A stretch of 64,000 nt of DNA from Alphaproteobacteria bacterium (GTDB lineage: Bacteria; Pseudomonadota; Alphaproteobacteria; MPNO01; UBA830). This document shows, piece by piece, positions 39,629 through 52,007 of the stretch. The first letter of the stretch is position 1. Each line of letters opens with the position of its first letter. The DNA lies in NCBI GenBank assembly GCA_964291215.2, contig OZ219791.1:128001-192000 (forward strand), given 5' to 3'. Under the pieces are notes generated by a model. It did not search any database. It had not been told where the DNA came from and saw only the letters and a program-made list of their open reading frames with translations. The position numbers and the translations under genes are program-made.

Positions 39629-40491
39629 CACGCATTGCTCCTGTTTACCGGCGCCGGCAGCGCCAGCGGCGCGGGCCACACGCCAAGGTGATCGATGGCT
39701 TTCGCAGGCTCTCCGCCAGCGCGGACGAGGCTGCCAAGACGTTCATCGCCGGACGGAACAAAGCCCGCAAATTCAACGAAATACCGCCCGGGGCCGGATG
39801 TCGTGCCGGACTCCCGCACCTCCAGCAGAGTCAGCCCGGCCGAGGTTGTTGCCGCCTCGATCTCCCCGCGTCCGGTCCCCGGTCCGGTATGCAGCGCGAT
39901 CAAGCTACGATCATCACCGCTCTCCTCCGGGGCGATTGTTGCGACGCAAAAGATGCGGCCGCCCGCATGCGCCGTCCGCACGAACGGAAGCTCCGCGCAT
40001 ATAGCCACCCCCGGGTTCCCGCTATCAGCGAGCAGATCCCACCAGCCCGCGTCCCCGCCGGGCTCCGGTCCGGGGAGAACGCCGACCGCCGCCGACCCGT
40101 CCTCCACCGTATCGAGCACCGCCCGACTCGCGCCGAACTCCTCGACCGCTGCGTCGCAGCCGAAGTGGTTACGCGCGGCCTCGCGGCCCGTCCGGTCGCC
40201 CGCCGGCGCATAGACCGCGATGCTGAAATCACCCTGCAGCCGCGTCATTGCCGAGACTATTTCCCGCCATATCTGCGCCACGACTCGCGGCGGAAACACG
40301 CCCTGGTGACGTTCCAACAGGCGACGCAGCACCCGGGCCTCGCGCGCGGGCCGCCAAGCCAGGCCGCTCCCCTTGGCCTGCAGTACTTCGTCCGCGATCA
40401 CGGCGCGACGCATCAGCAGATCATGCATCGCAGCGTCTATATCGTCGATCTGCCGCCGCAGCACTCCGAGCGGCGTGTCAACTTCCATCAT
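39628..40491 (-). CDS. Chorismate mutase (PheA-like, alphaproteobacterial type)
   Basis: LRRQIDDIDAAMHDLLMRRA..RPAREARVLRRL..IWREIVS; translationally coupled to hisC. Confidence 0.88.
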   Translation of the reverse strand: MMEVDTPLGVLRRQIDDIDAAMHDLLMRRAVIADEVLQAKGSGLAWRPAREARVLRRLLERHQGVFPPRVVAQIWREIVSAMTRLQGDFSIAVYAPAGDRTGREAARNHFGCDAAVEEFGASRAVLDTVEDGSAAVGVLPGPEPGGDAGWWDLLADSGNPGVAICAELPFVRTAHAGGRIFCVATIAPEESGDDRSLIALHTGPGTGRGEIEAATTSAGLTLLEVRESGTTSGPGRYFVEFAGFVPSGDERLGSLVRAGGEPAKAIDHLGVWPAPLALPAPVNRSNA

Positions 40492-40608
40492 GACTGGATT
40501 TACTCTTGACAACCCGGCCGTTTTACGACGAAACTGGGGCCGTAACCAGCTTTCGCGGCCATATGTAGCCGCGCGAACTCGCAAACGCAAGGATTTCAGC
40601 GGCGAACG

Positions 40609-40806
40609 CGCGATAACCCCACGCTGCCAATCCTAGCGACAACCGATGAGACTTTTCAGTCTGCGTCGCGCTGCAATCGTGCCGCCAAGGCTCGATGGAG
40701 CCTTCTCGGCGCGAAAAAATTCCGATCAAGGAGGCAATCTGTGATGACGCGACCCCCGACGCATTCGGATTTCGCGTCTCCGAATAAGCATGGGATCATC
40801 GTGGGG
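40609..40806 (+). mobile_element. MITE-like internal deletion derivative of the ISNCY-like element
   Basis: Left about 175 bp matches 14904-15080 and is joined directly to the right end agcatgggatcatcgtggg. Confidence 0.6.
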
Positions 40807-40917
40807 TCTTGGCCGCGAGGTCCTTCAGGAACAGCGCGTTCATGGCGCCCTTGAGCCAGACGTGCAACTCGTTGATCTCGCCTTCCGACAGGGTGACGAT
40901 CATCACACCCACGAAGC
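40807..40917 (-). pseudogene. Large serine recombinase fragment
   Basis: Translates as FVGVMIVTLSEGEINELHVWLKGAMNALFLKDLAAK. Confidence 0.6.
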
Positions 40918-42030
40918 GTAAGCGTTCGTTCATGCGGTGATGACGATCTGCGCTGAGGTTTGTTTTGGTGATTCGGAGAAGGGGGCTGTAAATTTCTTTG
41001 GCGGTGCCATCAGGTCGTGCATGGTCATGTGCATCGAGGATTTCGTGTCATCATCGGGTGCGGACGCTGCTGGCGACGTGCCGCAGTCGTCGTGTCGTGA
41101 TTCGGCCACCTGGAAGTCCCTGTACGATCGCGAGTGTATTCGAGCCGAGGCTGCGGAGGGTCGCTGTGAGGAGCTGCGCTTGCAGGAGGTGGAGGAGCGC
41201 AGCCGCGCGAATTCCCTGAAGGCGATTTTCGAGAGCAATCGCGAGAAGCTGGCAGCTGCCCGTGCGGAGGTCAGGGAAGTTCGGCGGACGGCGAAGCAGT
41301 CTCTTGCGCTGAAGCAGGAAGTTGCGCGTCCGAGCCAGTTTCTTGCCGAGGCCGGCGCGCGGAAGCGGTCGACGGTGGTGTCGCTGCGCATGGAGAATGC
41401 CGGCCTGAAGACCGCGATGAAGGTTCTGAAGGGTCGGGTCGGAGAACGACAAGCTTCGTTCGAACAGGTCGTACGGGCGCAAGAGCGAGAAGAGGCCGCG
41501 GGCGTCATCGAAGCGCAGCCAGCAGCGCGGCACTCCTGGCCGCGGCCGGCGCTCGAGGAGGTGGAGGAGCGGCCGGAGGTGGCGGAGGACGCCTGCTCGT
41601 GCTGCGTTGCCAACGGTTCGCACCAAGATCATCGAGATCAAAAGCGGCGGATTGTCCGCCGGGGCTGTGACTGCCCCGGTTCACCGAGCGAGGCGGCTGT
41701 TTCACGGCACCGCATTCGGGTGTGGACGCATGTGCTGCACGAGCGCGTGCATGCGGCCCTTGCGTCGCGGCTGACCGACCGGGGGCTTTCGCCGGGAACG
41801 CTGGCCAGCGAGCCGGATGCTGCCCCTGTTCGGGACGCGATCCTCGCGCACCGGGGTCTGCGCCATGCCGATGCATCCGGGCCCCGAGGGAGGTCCGGAA
41901 GTCGCGCCTGGCTCCGGACATCGGTCAGCCGTGACGCGGCCCTCTTCCACCCCTCAGCGCCGAGGTCACGGCGAAGCTGTTCGCGGACGCCCCCATGTAT
42001 CCGGTCTGCGACCGCTACGGCGCCTGCAAG
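40918..42030 (+). mobile_element. IS66 type 2, left part
   Basis: Reverse-complement match to 16200-17297; end gtaagcgttcgttc. Confidence 0.85.
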
Positions 42031-42049
42031 AAGCCAGGGTGATCCCACG

Positions 42050-42238
42050 CTGGATATGGCCCTCCCTAGAGTATCCATAACAACAAGGGTATAGCGGTCG
42101 ATACGACCAAGTAAACTGTCAATGAGCTCATTTACCCTCTCCTTCGGTGTACTGATCCGTGGTACAGGATCTATAAACAGAATGTCATCAACCTTGGACC
42201 CGTGGTACTGTTCCCAGGCAAGCAGGCGTTTCCCCATA
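42050..42238 (-). pseudogene. Fragment of a RepA/AAA_25-like helicase
   Basis: GKRLLAWEQYH...LVVMDTLGRA with a Walker-B-like motif; lower GC than the flanks. Confidence 0.4.
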
Positions 42239-43713
42239 CCCCCGTTCCATAGTGAAGTGCAACACATGATGGGCTGTGGCCATGTGTTTTTAGACGCATG
42301 ATGTTGCGGAGCGGTAGCGGCGAGAGTTCCTGTACAAGATGAAGGGAGCTTGTTCATGTCCAAAGGCTACCGCCACCGTAACTGCTCACCCCCTGGCTCC
42401 GGCTTGATGTCGGGGTAGGCAACGAACGGGTTTTCGTGGAGATTTGACACTGCATGCCGATTCGCTTAGTGGTGGTCATCGAGAACGACGGGGACCGCCA
42501 GTGGGCTACTTTGGATCGAAGGCGACGAGCGGGCTGTGCCAGCTACTTCCGGGGCTCCAGCCTCCGCATGATCTGTATGTGGAAACGCATCTCGGAGGCG
42601 GCGCGCTGATGAAGCGCAAGGCCGGGTGATGGCGACGGTCAACGCGGCGCGCGAGGAGTTCGAAGCGGCCAAGACTGCGGCGCTGCCGGCAAGGTGCCGA
42701 AAGAGGCCGTGATCCGCGTCTTCGTCATCCTGCTCGACATCATCATCGTCGTCCTTCTGGAGAAGACCACGCACGAGCCGGAACTCCGGTCTGCCGCCGT
42801 CACAGACGGACAAGAGCGTGCCGGGAGCAACGGCCCGAAGCCGAACCGGCAGATGGGCGACAACCTGCGCAAGACCATCGTCGAGGAAACGGTCGCGGCC
42901 TGCGACGCCTGCGGCGCCGACGGCCCCGTCGATCGGGAGCGCCGCACGACATCGTGTTCGAGGTCGTCGAGCGCCGCGCCGAGATCAAGGAATGTCCGAA
43001 GTGCAAGGCCCGGGGCCGGTTCCCCGACAACATCCCGTGCAGTACGGCATCGGCATTCAGGTCCTCGTCATCAACCTGCTGGTCGCCCAGATGCTGTCCC
43101 TGCGCCGTCGCGTTCGTGCAGGCGATCTCCGGCATCAAGCTCTCCGAGGCAACCTGCCTCAGCTATGCTTTCACGATGCGCTCGTGTCATGGGAGGAGGC
43201 CGCCGTGGCGCACCTCCTGCAACGCCCAGCCCTGCATGTCGACGAGACCGGATTTCGGATCAACAGTAAGTGGCTCCATGTCGTGGGACCCTGACGTGCA
43301 AGTTCCCGCACCGCAAGCGCGGCCGGGAGGCAAGAGATCGGCATCATCCCGCGCTACAAGGGCGTCCTGGTCCACGACTGCTGGGCCTCGTACATGGGCT
43401 ATGACCAGTGTAGCCACCAGCTGTGCGGCAGCCACCTGCTGCGCGAACTGACCTTTGTCGTCGAGGCTACCGCTGGGCGCGGCTGATGAAGAGCCTGCTC
43501 CGCGAGGTCTGCCACAAGGTCAACAAGAGCGCATCCAAGACCCTGAACGACGCCGGGCGCAAGCGCTACCGCACCATCAGGGCGCCAGGGAACTGCCCGA
43601 TATCCTGCCGCCGCCAAAAGGAAAACGTGGACGCATAGCAAAGTCCGACGCGCACAACCTGCACGAACGTCTTGTGAAACACGAAAAGTCAGTCCTGCGC
43701 TTCACAGACGACC

Positions 43714-45375
43714 ATTGCGGTAGGGAACCGGGTTACCCCCCGCACAGAACCGGACGTGCGCTGTTCGCTCCTCCCCTGACGACAAGGCGCTGGTTTGGCC
43801 ACGGGTGGCGGATGCTGGCTCAGTGGGCAGCGGCGAGGGTGTCTATGTCCCCGGTGAAGTCCTTTTGGGAGCGTCGCCGAAGGGCACGCAGCCGTTTGCA
43901 TTGGTGTATGAACCCCTGCAGGGATTGACTGCTTCCCGGGACGGCGTAGTAGCAGCCGTTGATGACTCACCACTTGGCCGTTTCGTGCCGGTTGTCGTGC
44001 CATCGCATGCGCAAGGCCCCCTTGATCCGCCGCAGGGTGCCCGTTTGCGAGACGGTTTGCGACCGACCCTGAACCTGCCTTTCCTCGTCTGTTCGCAGAA
44101 GTGCGTCATGCCGAGGAAGTCGAACGTCTTGCCCTGCTTCCGGCGGTTCGCTCTGGCAAACCGACCGAACTCGATGATTGTCCGGGTGCAGTTCAAGTGG
44201 GCCAGCCTCTCCCCAAGGTCCCGGAGAAAGCGCTGCGCATCGCCCAGATGCTGAAAGCCGCACACGAAGTCGTCCGCATAATGATCGTGTCGCCTCCAGC
44301 CATCCGCTTGCGCCAGTGGTTCTGGAACCAGTCGCACGTAGTGCAGGTAAACGTTCGCGAGGCAGGGCGATACAATCGCCCCCTGCGGTGTTCCCTTGCC
44401 CGTATCCGACCAGTCGGTCCCTTCCATGACGCCGGCGTTTAGCCACTTGATGATCAGACCCCCCGATCCGTTTCCCGAGCATCGCAATCAGGTGGTCGCG
44501 GTCGAGATTGTCGAAGAACCCGCGGGCGTCAACGATCCAGTTGACCTTCCGCCGTTCCACCGTGACGGCGTCGAGCGCGTGATGCGCCCCGGCCGGAAAC
44601 CGTAACTAAACCCGAGGAACTCCGTTTCGTAGAGCGGCACCAGAATCACACTGCCCGCTGAAGAATCTTGTCCGAGGCAAGCGGTCGTTGCCCTCCATCC
44701 TCCTTGGGTATGTAAACCCTGGAGGCGCCCGGTACGCACCCCTGTGCACACGGGCGTGCAGGTCAACCAGTTCCACACCCTCCGCATACGCTTGCCACAC
44801 AACGCCGTCCACGCCCGCCGCCGCGTCCTTCCTCAAGGAATGGAACGCATCGTGCAGAGCGTCGACCGTCACGTGGTGGAGTAAAGACGCTCTTCCGGGT
44901 TCCTCTTCGCTACCTGCGTTCAGCCGCCTGTGACCCCCGCTTCTGCGCGCGGCGCGGGCCAACCGCATTGCCCTTCCCTCCAGCAACTCCGCAGGCTCCG
45001 AAGAACCCTTGTTCGCCGCCTTCAACGGTACTATGGCCGGATCTGACTTCTCGTTCATCATCGGTTTATGGAATAGTTCCTTTCCTCTGCGGCCCCTCCA
45101 CGACAGAGGGGCAAGACCTCCCAGGTCCCTGCTTCGGCCATGGTTCTCGGACCCCGCGGAGCCCCCCTCACCAACGCGGCTCGCGGGGTGTTGCCCACTT
45201 GGACGACCTCGGCACTCCGGTTTCAAAGCATCTCGTGGCTCAATAGCCCGGCCTGCCGCTCCCCAACGCTTCGCCTGACGCCTCACGACGCATGGTTCAC
45301 GGAGAAAGTGGTGGTTAGCCTCTCTTCCTGCCGGGACTTGCACCCGGCAACATTCCACCAGTTAGCCTGGCGCAC
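43714..45375 (-). mobile_element. Group II intron (RT-encoding), single copy
   Basis: GTGCG..AAT ends at the same tnpC site gacgacc|ccaacg. Confidence 0.9.
43825..44955 (-). pseudogene. ltrA: Group II intron RT/maturase, frameshifted (approximate bounds)
   Basis: AAGVDG, FLGFSYGFRPGR, GTPQG and YADD motifs. Confidence 0.8.
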
Positions 45376-46876
45376 CCAACGTCAACTTCACCAACAATGC
45401 CGGAGAACAGAAGATCAGGATGGCAAAGGTCAAGGTGTCCGGATGCTTCCGCTCCACGCAAAAGCATGGTGCCGGGGCTCAAGCTACCTCACCTCCATGG
45501 CCGCACTCGGCTACAATCATCACGTCGCCACCCGGATCGCCCTCGACGGAAAAGTCGCAGACATCATCAACGAGCACTACGACCAATCAGAACCCAACAA
45601 GGGGTGAGTAGATACCCGCCACCTACGAAAAGCGATGCCAGATTGAGGCAGAAAAGCGGTCTTTCACAAGGTGTGATTGCTCGGCAGCTGGGCCGATCAA
45701 CAATTTTCCGGGAGATCAGGCGCAACACCGGGGGACGGGGTTACCGTCACAAGCAGGCGCAAAGGATGGCAGAAACGCAGGGCAGCCTCGTCTGTTTCCT
45801 GGCGGTTGACGCCTCGGGTTGAAGCTCAGAAAAAGCTGCGGGAGGGCCCCGAGCAGCGGCCGTTTTCGACTGGAAGGCCGTGAACGGATCCATGATCGCT
45901 GAAGATCGGAGAGCCGGGGGCGTCTTGTGGAAGAAGCTTCGGCGGCGCGGCAAGAAGCCGAACTGGAAGGGCGGAGGCCATTCCGGCGGGTGGACATTTC
46001 CGAGCGCCCTGCGGAGGCAAAGGAACGGGTCGGCTACCGGGAGCCATTATCGGCAAAGCTCACAGTGGAGCTGTCGTGTCGCTCGTGCCACGAAATACGC
46101 CTTGCCGGGTGGACAGAAAGACACGGTCGGTTCGGTCATGATCCGCCTGCTCGGCTCTGGTGCGCTATTGGTCCACACAATCACAACGGCAAGGAGTTCG
46201 CAGACCACAGGCGTGTCGCACTTGACGCAGATTTCTTCTTCGCCTTTCCATTCCCGGGAGCGCGGCTTGAATGAGCACACCAACGGCCTGGTGCGGGAGT
46301 ACTTCCCGAAGGGCACGGACTTTCGCGCGACATGCAACGAAGATGTTCAGAAGGTGCGGCTCAACACTCGGAAAGTCCTAGGATCGCCGACGGAGGTAAT
46401 CTTGAAGTGAAACCGCCCTGACCATCTGCGTTCCGAAGCCGCAACGTGCAGCAGGGTCCATGCCGCGCTACGACGAAATAGTGGCTTGAAGCCGACAAAG
46501 GCGTTGCATAAGCTCGATGTTGAAGGAACTGAAGCTGTTCCCGGGCGGAATTGAGAGGGGCAGAGGGGGAAAATTTGCGCAGCATCCGGCCCTCATCTCC
46601 GTTCGGGCTACGCCCTCACTGCGATGAGGGCCTGATGTTGCACTTCAGACTGGAAGTGGGGACCAAAAAAATCAAACGATTTTATATTTTTCCGCAGGCA
46701 CGAATTAGCATGGGAGCGTCGTGGGAGAGCAGATTCGCCCCTGCGATTCGGCATTGTCAAACCTTCGAGTTTGAGGTTTTCCTGCGCGAAATCATACGCT
46801 TGTCCCCTACAGGCATCCCCAGGGCGCACACGCGTTCCCTGTGGCATAATCGAAAAAACGCGATTCCGCATCGTCG

Positions 46877-47305
46877 TCATCGTGTTCTGGCATAGTCGGT
46901 CAGCGTCATCACGGACTGGCCATGCTCGGTCGGGGCCAAGGTGTTCGCGAATCGAAGGTCCGCAGTCAGCATGACCGCGCCGATGCGATGCGCGAGCGCG
47001 AGATAGACGCAATCGTAGATCGAACGATCGAGCGCTAGCGCCAGACGCACCGCATCGGCGGAGACGGTCTCGTCGGCGCCCCAGCGCACGGGCATGTCCG
47101 GCACGTTGGCCAGCAGGATGCCCGCGGCGCGGCGTTCTATCTCGCCCGCCCGCGCCTTGCGCCACAGCGCATTGGCGACTTCGGAGGCCATCAGGCGCGG
47201 CGCGTGCAGCTCCTCGCCGCTCGTCACCAGCTCCTGCGCAACGTCAGCATCATCTTCGACGACCAGCCGCTTGACCGCCACGCTCGCATCGACGACGAAG
47301 TGCAT
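46877..47305 (-). CDS. vapC: Type II toxin-antitoxin system PIN-domain toxin
   Basis: VVDASVAVK, APRLMASEVANALW and SIYDCVYLALA..LTAD.RF motifs. Confidence 0.9.
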   Translation of the reverse strand: MHFVVDASVAVKRLVVEDDADVAQELVTSGEELHAPRLMASEVANALWRKARAGEIERRAAGILLANVPDMPVRWGADETVSADAVRLALALDRSIYDCVYLALAHRIGAVMLTADLRFANTLAPTEHGQSVMTLTDYARTR

Positions 47306-47565
47306 CAGAAGTTATCGCGGTGACCGTGGTCGCGGTCCTCGCGGATCAGTACTTCCGCCGGCGTGTGCCTGCGCCCTTCGGTCAGGGGACGCAGTCGTTT
47401 CATGGCCTCCCCGAACGCGGCGCGCTTCGCCGCCATGTCGTCGTCGGCGGCGCATTCCAGTACATGACGCACCTCGCCCTCCAAGGAGCGGTTGTTCAGG
47501 ACGGCGCGCCGCTTGAGTCGATCCACCACATCGTCGTCGAGTTGTCTCACGTTGATCGTCGCCAT
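47305..47565 (-). CDS. FitA-like ribbon-helix-helix antitoxin
   Basis: MATINVRQLDDDVVDRLKRRAVLNNRSLEGEVRHVL; stop overlaps the vapC start. Confidence 0.88.
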   Translation of the reverse strand: MATINVRQLDDDVVDRLKRRAVLNNRSLEGEVRHVLECAADDDMAAKRAAFGEAMKRLRPLTEGRRHTPAEVLIREDRDHGHRDNF

Positions 47566-47633
47566 CGGTTTATCTCCGAATATGCCATCATATTGATGGC
47601 GCTTCGTCGCGGCATTTGCAAGCCTGTGGGATG

Positions 47634-47955
47634 CAGGACCATTCTTTTGTCGGGCCTGTGGATTGCTGATGTGACAGGGACCTGGCATGGTTGAGGCACC
47701 TTGGGTTCACTGTGGGCCGGTTTCAGTGGCTGGTGCATCAGGCCGGGCACGCTTTTTCGAGTGTTCGAGCAGAGCTGTCCTGTTGCGTCGGCGCGTTCCC
47801 GGCTTGTGGCGCGGGGTCAGGAGCGAAGGTTTGTCTGCGGGATGAGGATGGCGTCGAGCGCGTCCCGGGCGCGGGCGGCGTAGTGCCGGTTGGCTTCGGG
47901 CATATGGCTGAAGTGTCCGCCGCAGCGCACGATGGCAGCGTTTGTCAAGAGGTTG
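47634..47955 (-). mobile_element. Right-end fragment of the ISAs1/DUF4338 element
   Basis: Reverse-complement match to 19140-19439. Confidence 0.75.
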
Positions 47956-49721
47956 CGCGGCAGGACCATTCTGTTGTCGCGATCGGCGGCGGACAACCGT
48001 GCCAGAGTGGCCGTTCTTGAAGTTGGTGGCACCGTCTCAAGGTCGGAACCGGCATATCAACAACGAAATCCGCCCCCGAATGGACCTCCAGATCTACCTA
48101 CAACGCCCCCTCGTCGGACGAAACCGGACAAAAGAAGAGCCCTGGGTTGCGCGGCCAAGGTGATCCCATGCTTGTTGATGTGATGTGATCGGAGTCCTGA
48201 TCGCGGCGCAGGTCGACGCGTTCGAGTCTGCGATTTTGAGATTTGCTGACTTCTGATGCGCTGTTGCGGCGCGGGGCGCGATTGGTCGGCTGCGGTGTAT
48301 CCGGGGCGAGCGAGAGGCCTGCCGGGTTTGGTTGCCGGGCTCGAAAGCTTGCGGTTTCTGTCGGAGAGAGAGCAGGGTGATCTTACCCCAAGTTGGCATT
48401 TTTTTGCGTCAGTTGGAGCCAAAATTTATGCGGCTGCCTCACTTAGTATATCATATGTTGGTGTTTTTTTATATTGCCTACTATATTTTTGATTGCGTGT
48501 CCGGGAGGGTCGGTGTAGTGTCGGGATATTGCCAATTCGCTCGACCCCGCCGCCAAACCCGGTATATCTGGAGCCTCGTCAACACAAAAGCCTCCAGACA
48601 ACATGTTCATCAGGGCAACCAAAACCCGCAGCACCGCAGACGGCAAGCCCGTCCACAGCCCGTGCTTTCTCAACGTATCGGCGACAAGGTCAGGCAGCGC
48701 ACCCTGCCTCGCCACCGACTATCCGATGGCGCGCAAGAACTGGAAGGAGGTTGCCGCCGAAGCGCTACTCCACGGCCACCCGCCGCTGTTCGAAGCCGCG
48801 TGCAGGCCGCAGGACATCGTCAACAGGGGCCCGGAGGTTCCGCGCCGACGCTCCGGAGGAAGACGCACGCAAATTGCGACCGTCAACCTCGACAGCCTCG
48901 AGAACCCGCGCCCGGTCGGCTGCCTGTGCCTCGAGACGCGATCTCGGCTTCACGACCTCGCGAGTGCGCTGATCGTCGCCAGGATGATCCGCCAGCGAGC
49001 GCTGGCTGCGCGATGACAGCGCGGCCGCGGAGCTTCTGGAGCGCAAGGCGCGCAAGACGCTGTACCGCATCGGCGACCTGCGTCACCGGGCCGCCAGGAG
49101 CTGTTCAACCGCGAGCGCGCGCTGCATCCCCGATACCATCGCCTTTTACGACCTGTTCACGGCCGCGCCGACGGCAAGCTTCCCCGCTTCGGGCGCTCGA
49201 AGCGCAACGATTGCCCCACGCTTGCGCGGCGCGGGCTTTCCGCGCAGTTGCGAGGTCTTGCGGGGCAACGTGAGCGAATCGGGCACGGATGCGCTGCTGA
49301 GGCTGGAGGCGGGCCCGGCGGCAAAGCCGACGACAGTCATGGACGCCGGCACCGAGGCGAACATCGCGTGGCTGGGCGAGCACGGCTACGGCTGAATCGC
49401 GGGCGGCGCCGCCCGAGGGTGGGCCCGAGGCTGATCACCAACCACGAAGTGCAGGCGCCTTGCCAGCGAGGATGGCGCGGCGTGGTCAGCGAGAGCAGGA
49501 AGAGGGCCGAGGACGCCATTCCTGGCCGCAGGGCTTCGAGACGGCAAAGCTCCACCTCTGGGCCAAGGGCCGGCGCCGCGACAAGGTGCCGGAAAGCGGT
49601 CTCGAGCAGCGCTTCTCCACCGTCGCCCGGCACTGCGAGATCACCGTCGAGAAGGCCGGCGCAACGGCCGTGCGCTTCAGCCACAGACGACAAGACAACG
49701 CGGGCGCCTGCGCACCAGCGA

Positions 49722-52007
49722 CCGGGAGACCGTCCTTATATGACTAGTGTTATGTCAGCAATGATATGTCGTACATTTGGTGCTAGACTGTCCATCCATT
49801 CGGGATGGAGGTCGGAGTATGAAACGCTACGTGGTGACCCTGGACGAGGCGGAACGGAAAGAACTTTCGGAGATCACGACCAAGGGCTCGCACCTGTCGC
49901 AAAAGGTAATCAACGCCCTGATCCTGCTTAACTGCGACGAGGGCGCGTTCAATGAATGCCAGATGACCGGGAAGGTCATTGCCGAGATTCTGCGCATCAG
50001 CATGCGCAAAGTAGACCGGGTGAAAAAGCGTTTCGTTGAAGAGGGGTTGGAGGCGGCATTGGGTGGCCGGCAAGGACGCCGTCCTACCTACATGCGAAAA
50101 GCCGACGGCGTCTTCGAGGCGCGCTTGGTGGCCCTGAGTTGTGGTGAACCGCCCGAGGGTTACGCGCAATGGTCGTTGCGGCTGCTGGCCGACCGCGTTG
50201 TTGAGCTTGGTTACACCGTGTCACACGAGACGGTGCGGCGTGTTCTAAAAAAAACTGCATCAAGCCATGGCAGCGGGTTGGGTGGGTAATTCCTCCTCAA
50301 GGGAATGCCGACTTCGCCGCGGCGATGGAGAAGGTGCTCGATGTCTATCGCCGTCCCTATGATGCCGCCTTCCCCGTGGTCTGCATGGACGAAACGCCCC
50401 GACCGGCGAGACACGGCAACCGATCGCCATGGCGCCGGGACGGGCGTAACGACTACGAGTATCGACGTTGCGGTACCTGCAACGTCTTCATGGAACCCCT
50501 GGCCGGCAAGCGCATGACCAAGGTAACCGAGCGCAAGATCGACTGGGCGCAGTTCCTGGCTGACATCGCCGAGCGCTACCAGGATGCTACCACCATCACC
50601 CTGGTGATGGACAATCTCAACACTCCCCGGCGCCTTCTATGAGGCCTACCCGCCGGACGAGGCCTTGTGGGACCGCTTCGAGTTCGTCTACACCCCCAAG
50701 CACGGCAGTTGGCTGAACGTGGTCGAACTCAACGTCATGATCCGCCAGTGCCTGAACCGCCGCATCGACTGCATCGAGGTGCTACGCCGGGAAGTTGCCG
50801 CTTGGCAGGCCTCCCGCGACCGCATTCAGGCCAAGGTGGATTGGTAGTTCACCACCGACGATGCCCGCGTGAAACTCAAACGTCTTTATCCGACATTTGA
50901 TGAATGACAAGACACTAGGTTTTGTCCCCTTGATGATGAAATCATCCACAGCAGTTGGGGGCGGGAAAATGTGGATAACCTCGACTATGGGAGAGCTATG
51001 GTTGCAAAGAGATTCCGCTCCCCTGTGTGAGAACGTACAGGGGAGCGGGGATCAAACGATCTCCGCGGAGATTGCCGTTCCGTCCTTGGCTTTATAGAGC
51101 CGTTCCCGAGCGTGGCAACCTCCTTTGGCGTCCCTTGCGTCCTGAATGGATGCTTGGGTTTGAACCGTATCATCATAAGGCGAGGAACGATGGTCAAGGT
51201 AGTAGCAGGGGTCAGCCAGTCTGGACATCTGGGGCGTCGTTTTACGAACGACGCCACGGGCACGTGGCTTCGCAGCCTCGAGGTAACCCGTGTGGTGGGC
51301 GACAGGCCGCTATCACCGCAAGGTTCACCAGTGTCTTCATGACCGGGGCTTCGAGGTTGTCCTGCCCGTTGAGGGCTTCGCCAAGGCTTTGGGCCAACCG
51401 CGTTGACGCGTTGATGCTGGCCAAGATCGGCACGGTGCGATCTCGAGCCTGTGGCTCCTCAGGAAGCCTTCCTCAACTGCCTGGGGGATCTCCTGGCGCC
51501 GCGCTTGTCGACATGCGGACCAAGTTGAGGCAAGTGGCAGATGAGGTGGATGGCGAGACCGTCACAAGGGCTTCGGCGGCCGATCTCGATGACCGCATTG
51601 CCGGCGCGGCGATCAAAGCGGTGATCGCCGGTGATCCCGAGCAGAGGTACCCTGACCTCGATCCCCGGTCCAGTGACCGCCGCAGCCCTTCTTTGTTGGA
51701 TGCCCGAACTCGGCAGTCTCGACCGTCGTCAGGCGGCAGCCTTGATCGGGGTGGCGCCGATGGCCAACGACAGTGGCCACGGTGCTCGGCATATCCGAGG
51801 CGGGCGCCGGAGGCCACGTGATCTCCTGGCCGCGACCTCGGCAGCACGCTTCAACGCGGATCTGGTGTTCGAACGCCACAAGACCGCCGGCAAGGCCCAC
51901 AAAGTCGCCATTGTCGCCGTGATGCGCAAGCTCTGGCGAACACCTTGCTGCGACAGCAGCGTTGCTGGTCGACCGAAGCACCGGTGAGTGAGCGAAGGAG
52001 ACACGGC
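49722..52007 (+). mobile_element. IS110-family element (degraded CDS about 51190-51987) with a long 5' non-coding region
   Basis: DRVDA-like, LTSIPG..TAAALL..MPELG, AALIGVAP..DSG, RHIRGGR and KVAIVAVMRKL motifs; boundaries approximate. Confidence 0.7.
49744..50918 (+). mobile_element. IS630 type B
   Basis: Full copy between CTAG sites. Confidence 0.9.

Larger units (their letters stand above)
42378..45615 (+). mobile_element. IS66 type 1 carrying one group II intron
   Basis: 8-bp target duplication ccgccacc; same ends as the other copies. Confidence 0.9.
42239..46661 (+). mobile_element. IS30-family element interrupted by IS66 and an intron
   Basis: Both IS30 ends present; transposase resumes at 45624. 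Confidence 0.88.

Noticed and set aside
50942-50978. Inverted pair of DnaA-box-like 9-mers (tcatccaca, tgtggataa)
   Set aside because: There are only two boxes, inside an IS110 non-coding end, with no AT-rich unwinding region or origin-linked genes.
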